Source of the DNA: a virus
Length of the DNA stretch: 64,000 nt
Reading direction: 5' to 3' (one strand)
Virus record (IMG/VR): IMGVR_UViG_3300028569_000023
Span: 1-64,000 of that record
The notes under the pieces were generated by a model. The model ran no database searches and was not told the origin of the DNA. It saw only the letters and a list, made by a program, of their open reading frames with translations. Positions 27,058 to 36,999 of this stretch are shown piece by piece; the stretch's first letter is position 1, and each line of letters begins with the position of its first letter. Both the position numbers and the translations under genes were made by a program.

Positions 27058-27636
27058 ATGAAAAACGTCCTAAAGAAACTACTTAAAGTTAAATCCGAGA
27101 TGGGATCTGTAGCTAAAAGCTCAGATAATCCTTTCTTTAAATCCAAATACGCAGACCTTAATGCGCATTTGCAACTAGTAGAACCTCTCTTGGAAAAGAA
27201 TGGTCTACTTCTTCTTCAACCTGTCGAGTCAGATGAACGAGGTGATAAAGTTGTAACTCGTATTCTCGATTCGGAATCAGGTGAGGAAGTTCGCTCTGAA
27301 ATGCATCTAGTTCTTGTAAAAGAAGATATGCAACAAAAAGGGGCAGCGGTTACATACGCTCGTCGATTCACGCTAGGATCGCTTCTTGCGCTTCAAGCCG
27401 AAGATGACGACGGTGAGACAGCATCCGGTCGCGGTAAATCAGCACCTAGAGCATCGTTTAGTCCTGGGCCGAACGTGGCTAGTACACAGAAGATGGTAGC
27501 GGATAAACCAGTGGAAGCTCCTGCTGCTAAAACATCATTATTCCGTAAAACAGTAAAACCTAGCGCTCCTGTTTCGGTTCAACCTGCTAAAGTATCAGCA
27601 CCTGCCGAATCATCTGAAGAAGAAAGTTGGGAATAA
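27058..27636 (+). CDS. erf: ERF-family single-strand annealing protein
   Basis: NPFFKSKYADL, Q-x-x-GAAVTYARR, EDDDG motifs. Confidence 0.9.
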   Translation: MKNVLKKLLKVKSEMGSVAKSSDNPFFKSKYADLNAHLQLVEPLLEKNGLLLLQPVESDERGDKVVTRILDSESGEEVRSEMHLVLVKEDMQQKGAAVTYARRFTLGSLLALQAEDDDGETASGRGKSAPRASFSPGPNVASTQKMVADKPVEAPAAKTSLFRKTVKPSAPVSVQPAKVSAPAESSEEESWE

Positions 27637-27638
27637 AT

Positions 27639-28061
27639 ATGACAAGCGTACTACCTCCTGAAGCTCTCGAAGCGTTGCAACAAATGCAAGCTCGCGATGC
27701 TGAAGTTACAGAAACAGTTAACGTAGAAGAAGCTAAACAAGTACTAGATGAAGCAACGAGTGCCGAACAACGAGCTACTCCTGAAGAAATCGCAGCGCAG
27801 CTTCTACATTTCTATACTCCGGTTTATAATAACCTAGTGGCGCAATTAAGCTCTAAAGCGATGCGTAGGCTCTTAAATAAGCTTATCGAGTATCCGCTTA
27901 ATACTAAGAAGTACGATTCAACTAGTCCTGCTGAGGGACAAGCGTTCGCTGTAGGTCTACGACTTCTAGAAGCTAAACACGTTCTAATCATGAGCACATA
28001 CGCTCAAAACATTGACAATCTAACCCAGGAACAGAAAGAACAAGGAGAATCAAATGGCTAA
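27639..28061 (+). CDS. Hypothetical protein
   Basis: ORF in replication operon. Confidence 0.7.
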   Translation: MTSVLPPEALEALQQMQARDAEVTETVNVEEAKQVLDEATSAEQRATPEEIAAQLLHFYTPVYNNLVAQLSSKAMRRLLNKLIEYPLNTKKYDSTSPAEGQAFAVGLRLLEAKHVLIMSTYAQNIDNLTQEQKEQGESNG

Positions 28062-28320
28062 AAAGAAACGTAACGTTGTCGGAGAAGTACTTAAGAGTAA
28101 AGAACAAGGTAAAGCTCCGTATATTAAAATCAAGAAAGATGTAACTCTTTCAGCAGGACAGAGCATTTCGCTTGAGAGCAAAAAGAAGCAGCTAGAAAGT
28201 CTAGCGCAAGCTGTCGCTGACGGTAAACTTGGCGGAGATATGGCAGCCGAGATCCAGGAACGTCTAGAGAAGATTCCTAATTTCGTTATGTACCAAATGA
28301 TCGTTCTCGAAGACGTCTAA
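28054..28320 (+). CDS. Hypothetical protein
   Basis: AAGGAG RBS. Confidence 0.7.
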   Translation: MAKKKRNVVGEVLKSKEQGKAPYIKIKKDVTLSAGQSISLESKKKQLESLAQAVADGKLGGDMAAEIQERLEKIPNFVMYQMIVLEDV

Positions 28321-28335
28321 ACAATAACCTACTAC

Positions 28336-28369
28336 CCTGTTACATTATGTTAGAGCGTAGTGTAACAGG
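28336..28369 (+). promoter_or_regulatory. 14-bp hairpin upstream of primase-helicase
   Basis: CCTGTTACATTATG-TTAGAG-CGTAGTGTAACAGG with G-U pairs on the plus strand. Confidence 0.55.
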
Positions 28370-28389
28370 TATCTCCTAAAAGGGTTACA

Positions 28390-30330
28390 ATGAGTAAGTA
28401 TGTCCGTTTAACAAAGGGTCTAGCATCCAAGGGTCAACTCGTAAAAGAAGAAGAAGTATACGATGTAATCGGTAGTCAAATCGATTCAGACTGGTATCAA
28501 TCTGCTTTCTATTACAATCAAGAACAATATGAGAAGTTCACAAAGATAGGTTCAGTAAAAGGTCTAAAAGACGTTACCACTAATAAGATCTTCTTTGACT
28601 TAGATTCCAAAAAAAGCGTACACGATTCTAGGAATTCAACGCTTAGAGTTATTGAACGTTTGAAATCACAAAACGGAGTAGATCCTAGTCATTTAGAGAT
28701 CACGTTTAGCGGTAATAAAGGATTCGGAGTCGTACTGACCGTTGATAAAGATCTAAATCCTCCTCAAGTTGCTGAAATTGCAACAAGAATCGCTGGAGAT
28801 CTTGATGGTTTCGACCTTTCGATGTATGATCCTAATCAGATTATACGCGTACCGTTCACTAAGCACCAGAAATCTGGCAAATACAAAATCCCGCTTACTT
28901 ATTCAGATCTAAAAGATCTTTCTATCGATGCTATTTTCGATAAAGCTAAGGATCTATCGAATGTAAACAGCGAGATTACAGTTTCGGAAGTTCATCTTCC
29001 GGATAGTTTCTATACTTCCGATAAAAAGGAAGAAAAAATCAACAACATCCCGAAAGGGGCTAGAGAAATCCTAGCAAGGAAACCTAAACAGTGGCGCGAT
29101 TCCAAATGGCTCATCCATGAAGGATTCTTCGAATCCGGAGAAAGACATCACGCTTTAATGGTTTTAGCGGCGACTCTAAAGGGCATGGGATATGATTCGG
29201 TATCGACCGGACATATGTGTAAAGCCGCCATTGAGAAACAAGCTATCCGTACAAAGAGCGATAAGTTCCCTAAAGAAGAACTTTGGGAAAACGTCATTGC
29301 TTCAGTATTCGATGAAGGATGGGAAGGTGGTCAATATTCTGTCGATAATGACCCTTGGCTTAAAAACTATGCTATCAATATGGGTGTTTTCGAGAACGAC
29401 TCAAAGGAAGACGCTCCTAAACAGATCCGCGATATTGAAGGTGAATTCACCGATTTTGTAATGAATATCGATGAGAACACAATTAAGACAGGTATTGAAT
29501 GGTTAGATAAAGAAATGCCTTTAATTACAGGAGGTAATCTTGGAATTATAGGGGCAGCGAGTTCAGGAAAAACAGCCTTAGCTCTTGAAATCCTTAAGAA
29601 TACATCGCAAGCCGGGGTGGTTTCAGTATTCGCATCACTGGATATGCACCGTAAACGTCTTTATCAAAAGCTATTACATAAAGTATCAGGCGGTATGAGC
29701 AGGGATGAAATTTACGAGCTATATCGAGCAGGTAGAGGTCACGAGGTTTCGGATGCTATCGCTAGAGATTACGGTAACGTATGGTTTTTCGATAGAAGCG
29801 CTCCGACTGTTTCTGATATTAGAGAATATGTTCTAAACGTAGAGAAGAAAACAGGCAAGAAAGTAAAGCTATTGATGGTCGATTACTTCGAACGTGTCAA
29901 TTCCAATAAGTCAGAAGATACAGCGGCTAGTAAAGAAGTAGCTGGTCAATTGCAAGACATCGTTAATGATTTGGACATCTGTTTAATTACGTTGGTTCAA
30001 CCTAACAAGTTCTCACTTAATGGAGGCCCGGATAGTCCTATTCTCTCATATACAGCGATTAAAGGTTCATCGTTCATGTACCAAGCGTTCCGTAGTATCG
30101 TATCGATCTGGCGTCCTTTTTTCAATCCTGAAACAGCAGATCGTGATAACTACATGGAAATGGCAATCTTAAAAAACGACCTAGGTGAGGTAGGGAAGAA
30201 CACGTTTGGTTGGACTGGGAAAACAGGCGATATCTATAACTTAACAGCTTCCGAAAAAGAAACGTTTAAAGCATTACTGAAGGAACGCCAAGATGAGAAA
30301 AAAGAAAACAAGTCCGAAGAATGGTCATGA
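28390..30330 (+). CDS. Primase-helicase (AEP PrimPol + DnaB-like SF4 helicase)
   Basis: FFDLD, SGNKG, D...RVP.T.H.KSG; Walker A GAASSGKT, VDY, LVQ. Confidence 0.85.
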   Translation: MSKYVRLTKGLASKGQLVKEEEVYDVIGSQIDSDWYQSAFYYNQEQYEKFTKIGSVKGLKDVTTNKIFFDLDSKKSVHDSRNSTLRVIERLKSQNGVDPSHLEITFSGNKGFGVVLTVDKDLNPPQVAEIATRIAGDLDGFDLSMYDPNQIIRVPFTKHQKSGKYKIPLTYSDLKDLSIDAIFDKAKDLSNVNSEITVSEVHLPDSFYTSDKKEEKINNIPKGAREILARKPKQWRDSKWLIHEGFFESGERHHALMVLAATLKGMGYDSVSTGHMCKAAIEKQAIRTKSDKFPKEELWENVIASVFDEGWEGGQYSVDNDPWLKNYAINMGVFENDSKEDAPKQIRDIEGEFTDFVMNIDENTIKTGIEWLDKEMPLITGGNLGIIGAASSGKTALALEILKNTSQAGVVSVFASLDMHRKRLYQKLLHKVSGGMSRDEIYELYRAGRGHEVSDAIARDYGNVWFFDRSAPTVSDIREYVLNVEKKTGKKVKLLMVDYFERVNSNKSEDTAASKEVAGQLQDIVNDLDICLITLVQPNKFSLNGGPDSPILSYTAIKGSSFMYQAFRSIVSIWRPFFNPETADRDNYMEMAILKNDLGEVGKNTFGWTGKTGDIYNLTASEKETFKALLKERQDEKKENKSEEWS

Positions 30331-30625
30331 TCTATTCTTTGATATATTTATCGGAGAGTTTGTAGATATCATAACTAAAAGACGTTCTTCTAGGATTTCA
30401 GTAAACCCTGATACAGGAGAAACCGATCAAATAGAAATGCCTATGGTTATCTCAGGGTATTTACTAGACGAAGACGAGGTTTACTATTTCATAGGTGTTA
30501 CTCCTAAAGAAGTATCAAATGCTGTTAAAAAAAGTATAGTTGACCATGTAGGATTATCTAGTCCAGACGGGTTAAACATGGAAGAATTAGAATATCCTAA
30601 AACCCCAGTGGGCGAATTAAATTGA
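30293..30625 (+). CDS. Hypothetical protein
   Basis: 110 aa ORF. Confidence 0.65.
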   Translation: MRKKKTSPKNGHDLFFDIFIGEFVDIITKRRSSRISVNPDTGETDQIEMPMVISGYLLDEDEVYYFIGVTPKEVSNAVKKSIVDHVGLSSPDGLNMEELEYPKTPVGELN

Positions 30626-30698
30626 CGTGGAGTTTAACATGTGGTATGCTACCTTTGTAGTCCTAGTTATTGTATTAATTTTACACGAGGGGTCCTAG

Positions 30699-30941
30699 AT
30701 GACAAACATAATTCCTGTAGAGTACTTTAAATTCCGTTCAGAGTTCAACACTATGAGTTATACCGAGCTTATGGCAGTATGGGCTGAGCAGTTCGAAAGT
30801 GGTTATTCTTGGAAATCTAAGCCTATCCAACAGTATAAGCTTAAAGCGATGTTTGAGACGATCAAAAGTCGCAGCACTAATCCTGCCGTAAAGGATTTCA
30901 TCAATAACCAATCTAAAGCACTGAACTTCGGAGATATTTAA
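30699..30941 (+). CDS. Hypothetical protein
   Basis: GAGGGG RBS. Confidence 0.65.
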   Translation: MTNIIPVEYFKFRSEFNTMSYTELMAVWAEQFESGYSWKSKPIQQYKLKAMFETIKSRSTNPAVKDFINNQSKALNFGDI

Positions 30942-32479
30942 TGTCTACTGACATCCAGCGCATTATTCACGGTAAAGCCGGAATTAAGCACGTTGTCGGC
31001 ATGAAAGTCGAAGAAGACGTTGCTAATATCTGGACCGAGAAAGATGGAGTTGTAGAACATTTACAACTGAAGAATAAGTTCTGGCTTTTATCGAATAAAC
31101 GAATCGCTCCGAATTGGACCAAACTAGAGGGTAATTTGTATTACCAGTACGGCGCTCAGTTTTCAAAACGTTTAGATTTCACTAGAGCGAAATACCAGCT
31201 ATCAAAATACGACTGCTATTCGATTATGAACCCGGAAGAGTCTTTCATGGTCAAAGACGGAGTTCGCTATTTTCTAGATTTAAAACCTAAAGAAGTTTCT
31301 ATTCTATCTTTCGATATCGAGACGACGGGACTTTCTGTAAATGAAAACTCCAAGCTTTTACTGATCTCAAACACCTATCGCTGTGGAGATCGTATTGTCA
31401 AGAAGATGTTCGATTATACGGATTATGAATCATGTGGAGCAATGACAGAAGCATGGTGCGATTGGGTTAGAGAAATGAACCCTGCTATTATTTGTGGTCA
31501 TAACATCATTCAGTTCGACTTGAAGTATCTACTCGATTGTGCTAATAGAGACGGTACGCGTTTTGCCATTGGACGTGACGACAGGGAAACGACGCTAGAT
31601 AGTTACACTACTAAGTTCCGCGTAGACGGATCTCGTAGTCAAGAAATCAATAGGTACGTGATCTTCGGACGTGAACTTTGTGATACAATGCTTTTAGCAT
31701 TACGTTACGATATTGCCACTAAGAAATACGATAGCTATGGACTAAAGCAAATCATTAAAACCGAGAAGTTAGAAAAGGTCGATAGGCAATTCTATGACGC
31801 TTCACTTATTCGAGTGAACTATAAGAATCCTACCGAATGGGCTAAAATCAGAGAGTATTGTAAAGATGATGCAGATGATGCTCTGGCTCTTTTCGATCTT
31901 ATGATTCCTTCGGCTTTTTATTGTGCTCAATCTATTCCTAAAACATTTGGTAATACCCTAACATCGGCAACCGGGGGACAGATCAATTCCATGCTTGTCG
32001 GTGCGTATTTACAGGATAAGCATTCAATTCCTAAAACTACTGAAACAAACGGATACGAGGGTGCTTTATCGGGAGGTAATCCTGGAATATACAGTCACGC
32101 AATCAAGGCCGACGTGCAGAGTTTGTATCCGTCCATCATGCGTAACTATAAGATAGGATTAGGAAATAAAGACCCTAAGGGTGTTTTTATACAACTGACC
32201 GAGTATTTTACAGTAGAGAGATTGAAGAATAAAAAACTAGCAAAAGAGACTGGAGATAAGTACTACGATGATCTTCAAAGCTCACAAAAAGTGTTTGCGA
32301 ATTCTTTATACGGGTTCTGTGCCGCGCCTGGGCTTTCGTTTAATGCGCCCCAGTCTGCGTCTTTTATTACTAAAACAGGTAGAGATATTCTACTTAAAGC
32401 TATACAATTTACTTGCGGTCTAACTTCTGAACAGTTACAATCGGATGTAGAGGAAGAAGAACCAGTAGATGCGTGCTAA
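30941..32479 (+). CDS. Family B DNA polymerase, N-terminal part (exonuclease + motifs A and B)
   Basis: FDIET, GHNIIQFD, YCKDD, YEGA, DVQSLYPS, KVFANSLYG. Confidence 0.9.
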   Translation: MSTDIQRIIHGKAGIKHVVGMKVEEDVANIWTEKDGVVEHLQLKNKFWLLSNKRIAPNWTKLEGNLYYQYGAQFSKRLDFTRAKYQLSKYDCYSIMNPEESFMVKDGVRYFLDLKPKEVSILSFDIETTGLSVNENSKLLLISNTYRCGDRIVKKMFDYTDYESCGAMTEAWCDWVREMNPAIICGHNIIQFDLKYLLDCANRDGTRFAIGRDDRETTLDSYTTKFRVDGSRSQEINRYVIFGRELCDTMLLALRYDIATKKYDSYGLKQIIKTEKLEKVDRQFYDASLIRVNYKNPTEWAKIREYCKDDADDALALFDLMIPSAFYCAQSIPKTFGNTLTSATGGQINSMLVGAYLQDKHSIPKTTETNGYEGALSGGNPGIYSHAIKADVQSLYPSIMRNYKIGLGNKDPKGVFIQLTEYFTVERLKNKKLAKETGDKYYDDLQSSQKVFANSLYGFCAAPGLSFNAPQSASFITKTGRDILLKAIQFTCGLTSEQLQSDVEEEEPVDAC

Positions 32480-33020
32480 AATGAAAGACTGGACAGGGTA
32501 TAGATTCGGGAGATTAGTAGTCACTCGATTCGAAAAACATACAAAAGTTAATAGACGGTCGGTGTATAAATGGGAATGTATATGTGAATGCGGAGTCGTT
32601 AAACTATACGACATTAACGATCTAAAAAAAGGTTCAACTAATTCGTGTGGTTGTTTTAGGAGACAGAACCAGTCGCTAGTTAAAAGGGCACCGGAAGGTA
32701 TAGCTGCTTTAAATTCGTTATACAAATCTTATAAATTTAAATGCGCTAAAGATAGAAATTACGATTTCGAATTGACAATGGATGAATTTAAGATCCTAAC
32801 AAAAAATAATTGTTATTACTGCGGAAAGATCCCTTCTCAAGTTAAAAAGAGTAAATGTTCTCAATATGTGTATAATGGGATAGATAGGGTTGATAACAGT
32901 TTAGGATATACTACCAGCAATACGGTAGCATGTTGTAAAGATTGTAATTCTAAAAAATCAGGAGTTACTCGTGATATAGTATTTAAACTATACGAGTATT
33001 TTATTAAACTAGATGGCTAA
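32469..33020 (+). CDS. Free-standing HNH-type homing endonuclease between the polymerase halves
   Basis: FGRLVV, WECICECG, SCGC, CYYCG, GIDRVDNSLGY...CCKDCN. Confidence 0.85.
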   Translation: MRAKMKDWTGYRFGRLVVTRFEKHTKVNRRSVYKWECICECGVVKLYDINDLKKGSTNSCGCFRRQNQSLVKRAPEGIAALNSLYKSYKFKCAKDRNYDFELTMDEFKILTKNNCYYCGKIPSQVKKSKCSQYVYNGIDRVDNSLGYTTSNTVACCKDCNSKKSGVTRDIVFKLYEYFIKLDG

Positions 33021-33684
33021 TTTAAAACTCATAAATTGGGACACAGATTCTATCACTGTATGTAAACCGGACGAAACTCCATTTTCTGAAGAAGAAATTT
33101 CTAAATTCTTTAACGATCTAAATTCTCAATTTCCAGATTTGATTTTATGGGACGATGACGGGTATTTCGAAACCGTCATTGTTCTTAAAGCTAAAAACTA
33201 TGTACTATGGGATGGTAAAAAGAAGAAGATCAAAGGTTCTGCGCTTAAATCGTCTACTCGCGAACCTGCCGTTAGAGATTTTCTTAATGAGATCATTGAT
33301 ACAATGCTATATCGTAAATTCGATTACGAGAATATCTACCATAAATACGTCAAAGAAGCTCTTGCTATCAAAGATCCTAAAAGATGGGCATCTAAAAAGA
33401 CTATTGGTGATAAAATTCTTAATCCTCAACGTACTAATGAGCAAAAAATCCTTGACGCACTGCAAGGAACTGAGTATACTGAAGGGGATAAGGTTTACTT
33501 TTTCTACAAGAAAGATGGCAGTCTTTGTACCGTTCAAAACTTCGATGGCGAATACGACGAAGTTCTCCTTGTTAAGAAGTTATATAACGCGGTTAAGGTA
33601 TTTAGTACAGTGTTACCAGTTAAAGATATATTTATTAACTACTCGTTAAAGAAGAACCAGAAGCTATTGGATACATTTAAATGA
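33013..33684 (+). CDS. Family B DNA polymerase, C-terminal part (motif C + thumb)
   Basis: DTDS, KAKNY, KIKG motifs. Confidence 0.9.
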   Translation: MANLKLINWDTDSITVCKPDETPFSEEEISKFFNDLNSQFPDLILWDDDGYFETVIVLKAKNYVLWDGKKKKIKGSALKSSTREPAVRDFLNEIIDTMLYRKFDYENIYHKYVKEALAIKDPKRWASKKTIGDKILNPQRTNEQKILDALQGTEYTEGDKVYFFYKKDGSLCTVQNFDGEYDEVLLVKKLYNAVKVFSTVLPVKDIFINYSLKKNQKLLDTFK

Positions 33685-33959
33685 AAGCATATTTAATCGA
33701 TACAAAAGGTAATATCTTCAGAACTTTAGATGTTCAATATCCTCCTCTTTCTTCGTTTTATATGGCGGTTTACAACCCTATTTCGGAAGCGAGATTCTGG
33801 GATGAGCAAGAAATACCTGACTCTATTTCCACTATTAAAACGTTAGAGTTCGATTTAGTGACAGACGTAGATGATTTTATCACATGGGACGATTACGAAG
33901 ATTCGCAATTGACAGATTTCGACGAACATGTTATTTATAAACTAAGGAGTACAAAATGA
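33681..33959 (+). CDS. Hypothetical protein
   Basis: ATGA coupling. Confidence 0.6.
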   Translation: MKAYLIDTKGNIFRTLDVQYPPLSSFYMAVYNPISEARFWDEQEIPDSISTIKTLEFDLVTDVDDFITWDDYEDSQLTDFDEHVIYKLRSTK

Positions 33960-35089
33960 GCGAAGAGTCAGGTTCAGTATTTATGGTTCCAGTCGTTGAG
34001 ATCGTAAATGTTAGACCTCATCCTAATGCCGATAGACTAGACATCGTAAAGATCCTCGGCTTTGAAACAGTCGCTACTCGCGATATGTACAAGATCGGCG
34101 ATTCTGTTTTATATATTCCCGTAGACTCAATTCTACCAGCGGATATCGAGAAGGTGCTATTTGCTAATTCCAAGATGAAACTAACAAACTCCCGAGTTCG
34201 CGCTGCGAAGATCAGGGGATTCGTTTCTGAAGGAATGATTACTAAGCCTGAACAATTTGGCATTACGAATTACAAACATAAGCAAGATTTTAAGGTTCGT
34301 TTAGGAATCACAAAGTATCAACCGCCTGAACGGAATATCCAAGGAATGAAAGCTAAAACTAATCGAGTGAAGCTTAAAGATCATCCGTTGTTCCATTCGT
34401 ACAATGGTCTTAATCGCATTCAGTGGCAAGAAGATCTATTTCAAGAAGGTGAACTCGTCGTGGTGCAGTGTAAAATTCACGGAACGAATGCTCGCTATTC
34501 GATTTTACCATACACCGTCGATACTCTTTGGAGAAAAGTTCTTCATTTCTTAAAACTAACTCCTAAGTTTGAAAAGAACTACGGAAGTAATAATGTTCAG
34601 ATCTCTAGGAAGTTTGGATATAAGGGATTTTATGGAAGCGATATATACGGGGACACTGGAAAGAAAGAAAAGATCTTCGAAAAGTTGAAACAGAACGAGA
34701 TTGTATATGGAGAGATCGCTGGACCTGGGATTCAAAAAGGTTATTCATACGGATTGAAAGGTCATGAGTTTTTCCTATTCGATGTTAAGATTTACGATCC
34801 TGTCAAGAACGAAATGAAATGGCTAAATCCTGAAGAAGTCGAAGCGTTCGCTACAGAACGAGGATTCAAGCTAGTTCCTATTGTATTTAAAGGTGCGTTT
34901 AATAGGAAGAAAATGGAAGAACTCGCGACGGGTCCTAGTCTTTTAGATCCAAATGAGAAAGTACGAGAAGGCGTTGTAGTTAAAGCTGTTCTCGATTACA
35001 ATAGTCCGTTAGCTAAAAGTGACAGAAAAGCATTGAAGATTATTAATCCTGAATATCTATTAAACCCGGAGAATACAGATGAGCACTGA
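33956..35089 (+). CDS. RNA ligase (DRB0094/Rnl5-like) with N-terminal OB domain
   Basis: HPNADRL, IRGFVSEG; KIHGTN, YGE, FDV, REGVV, KIIN nucleotidyltransferase motifs. Confidence 0.88.
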   Translation: MSEESGSVFMVPVVEIVNVRPHPNADRLDIVKILGFETVATRDMYKIGDSVLYIPVDSILPADIEKVLFANSKMKLTNSRVRAAKIRGFVSEGMITKPEQFGITNYKHKQDFKVRLGITKYQPPERNIQGMKAKTNRVKLKDHPLFHSYNGLNRIQWQEDLFQEGELVVVQCKIHGTNARYSILPYTVDTLWRKVLHFLKLTPKFEKNYGSNNVQISRKFGYKGFYGSDIYGDTGKKEKIFEKLKQNEIVYGEIAGPGIQKGYSYGLKGHEFFLFDVKIYDPVKNEMKWLNPEEVEAFATERGFKLVPIVFKGAFNRKKMEELATGPSLLDPNEKVREGVVVKAVLDYNSPLAKSDRKALKIINPEYLLNPENTDEH

Positions 35090-35321
35090 TGCGTTCACTA
35101 GAGTAATTTATAGAATTATTACAAATGGACAAGAGTCAATTTGCACATACGATTATAGTTCGGTAAAACCATGGAACACGGATGATTTTCTTTCAGATTT
35201 ATGTAGTCTAAGATGGCATAAGCCGTCAGCGAATGTCAGAATTTCCTCTAGCACGGTTTCATCTATTGAACTAATTCTAGTCGAAAGATCTATTCAACAT
35301 TCTATTCAGTTTAAAACCTAA
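35079..35321 (+). CDS. Hypothetical protein
   Basis: GGAG RBS. Confidence 0.5.
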   Translation: MSTDAFTRVIYRIITNGQESICTYDYSSVKPWNTDDFLSDLCSLRWHKPSANVRISSSTVSSIELILVERSIQHSIQFKT

Positions 35322-35344
35322 CTAATTGTAATTACTAAGAAACT

Positions 35345-35737
35345 ATGAGGAATATTCTATTCATGAAATATACAAAACAAGAAGCAGCTAAAGAACTAGA
35401 CCGTGTTGTTACCGAGGTTCTATCGAAAACCGATCCTGTAGACTGGCTAGAACTTATGGAAGAGATGACCGATTTAGTTAGAACTCACGCTCCGAAGAAA
35501 CACCCACCTATACCTGTTTACGGAACGCCTGTAACTAATCACGCGAAAGAACTTAAAGAGAAACTAGCAGAACTCCAAGCTAAAATGAAGACAGATCCAT
35601 ATGGAACCTTAGGTATTCTAGGCGGTAATACATCTGGTGCAGATATTTATTCCGATGCTATGGCGTATGGAACAGGGGTAAGGTTAATTCCTAGAAAAGG
35701 AACTTCCGGAGTTGGATCAGACGATATTCCTTTTTAA
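35345..35737 (+). CDS. Hypothetical protein ending in DDIPF
   Basis: SSB-like acidic C-terminal tail. Confidence 0.65.
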   Translation: MRNILFMKYTKQEAAKELDRVVTEVLSKTDPVDWLELMEEMTDLVRTHAPKKHPPIPVYGTPVTNHAKELKEKLAELQAKMKTDPYGTLGILGGNTSGADIYSDAMAYGTGVRLIPRKGTSGVGSDDIPF

Positions 35738-35776
35738 CTGTACTTTCCATTCATATTGTGGTATACTAGAGGTCTA

Positions 35777-36751
35777 ATGGAAAATAATCACTTTAAAGTT
35801 AAGAAAATATGGATGATTGATTCTCTTCAAGAAGGAGACGAACTCGACACTAGCGATTATCTAGTAACTACCGATAAAAAGCTAATTCAATTTGAGTTCA
35901 TTGAAACTGAAAAACCGACACGCACTAAGACTGAAATTAACCCAGGTGTGTACACCGCTAAATACAGTCAAGGGGGTTTGAAACTAATAGAAACTGAACT
36001 ATCTAGCGATAGCTTGCTCGAATCACATGGTCCTACTCAAGAAATCGTCGCAAAGATTGACTGTTTCTTCAGGAACCTCGATAAATACCGTCAATATGGT
36101 ATTGAAACCCCTCGTCGTTCTATGCTATTGTATGGACCTGCCGGAAGCGGGAAGTCTTCCACTATTTCGTCTGCCGTTAAGAAGTACACCGCTAATAATA
36201 GAACTGCTGTTCTCATTTGGAAAACAGACGTGGTTGAACCTGACGACATTAAATTCCTTATTCAGGATTTAGAATATATCAACGTTGATTGTTTATTCTT
36301 TATCGCTGAAGATATCGGCGGAGTGGAAGCAGAAGATGCTCGTATTAATTCCAAAAGCTCACTTCTTAGTCTTTTGGATAATCAAGAGAAAACATTCAAG
36401 ATTCCGACAATGATGATTTCAACTACAAACTTTCCTGAAATGTTCCTTGCGAATATCGCCAATCGTCCTCAACGTTTCGATGATAAGATTAAAGTTGGAT
36501 ATCCAGATTCTGCATTCAGACAAGCACTTTTAAAGCATATGGTAGGAGAGCAAACTACCGAAGATGATCTCCAGGAGATAGGTAATAAACGTTACGATTC
36601 GTTCACCCCGGCGCATATCCGGGAAGCAGTTATTCGTTCTGCTATTTACGAGAAGACGTTTAAAGATGTACTCACTGAGATGCTTAAAGAAATCGAACAT
36701 TACAATAAAGCTTTTAGTGATAAAAAAGATATAGGAATAGGATTCCCATAA
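35777..36751 (+). CDS. AAA+ ATPase
   Basis: LYGPAGSGKS, FIAEDI, TTN, NRPQRFD motifs. Confidence 0.88.
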   Translation: MENNHFKVKKIWMIDSLQEGDELDTSDYLVTTDKKLIQFEFIETEKPTRTKTEINPGVYTAKYSQGGLKLIETELSSDSLLESHGPTQEIVAKIDCFFRNLDKYRQYGIETPRRSMLLYGPAGSGKSSTISSAVKKYTANNRTAVLIWKTDVVEPDDIKFLIQDLEYINVDCLFFIAEDIGGVEAEDARINSKSSLLSLLDNQEKTFKIPTMMISTTNFPEMFLANIANRPQRFDDKIKVGYPDSAFRQALLKHMVGEQTTEDDLQEIGNKRYDSFTPAHIREAVIRSAIYEKTFKDVLTEMLKEIEHYNKAFSDKKDIGIGFP

Positions 36752-36999
36752 TGAGACATCGTAGAATTAAGAACTTATTTTCAGACTTTAAAAAAGGTAA
36801 AGGGTTCAGTATCTCAATTGATGCTAAAGAAGGACTAGCTGATAATTCGTATTATTTCTTTAAGTTACCACAAGATTTACATTCTTCAATAGTAGAGCAT
36901 GATGAATTAACTCCGTTTAGAAATAAGTTATATAGTAAATCCGGAAGGGGATGGTTAAGTGGGGGACTTAAACGATTTAAAATCACTAAAGACAGCTAG
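36751..36999 (+). CDS. Hypothetical protein
   Basis: TAATG coupling. Confidence 0.5.
   Translation: MRHRRIKNLFSDFKKGKGFSISIDAKEGLADNSYYFFKLPQDLHSSIVEHDELTPFRNKLYSKSGRGWLSGGLKRFKITKDS

Noticed and set aside
32469-33020. Group I intron or intein in the polymerase
   Set aside because: The HNH ORF overlaps both polymerase ORFs, leaving no non-coding core, and no intein terminal motifs are visible.
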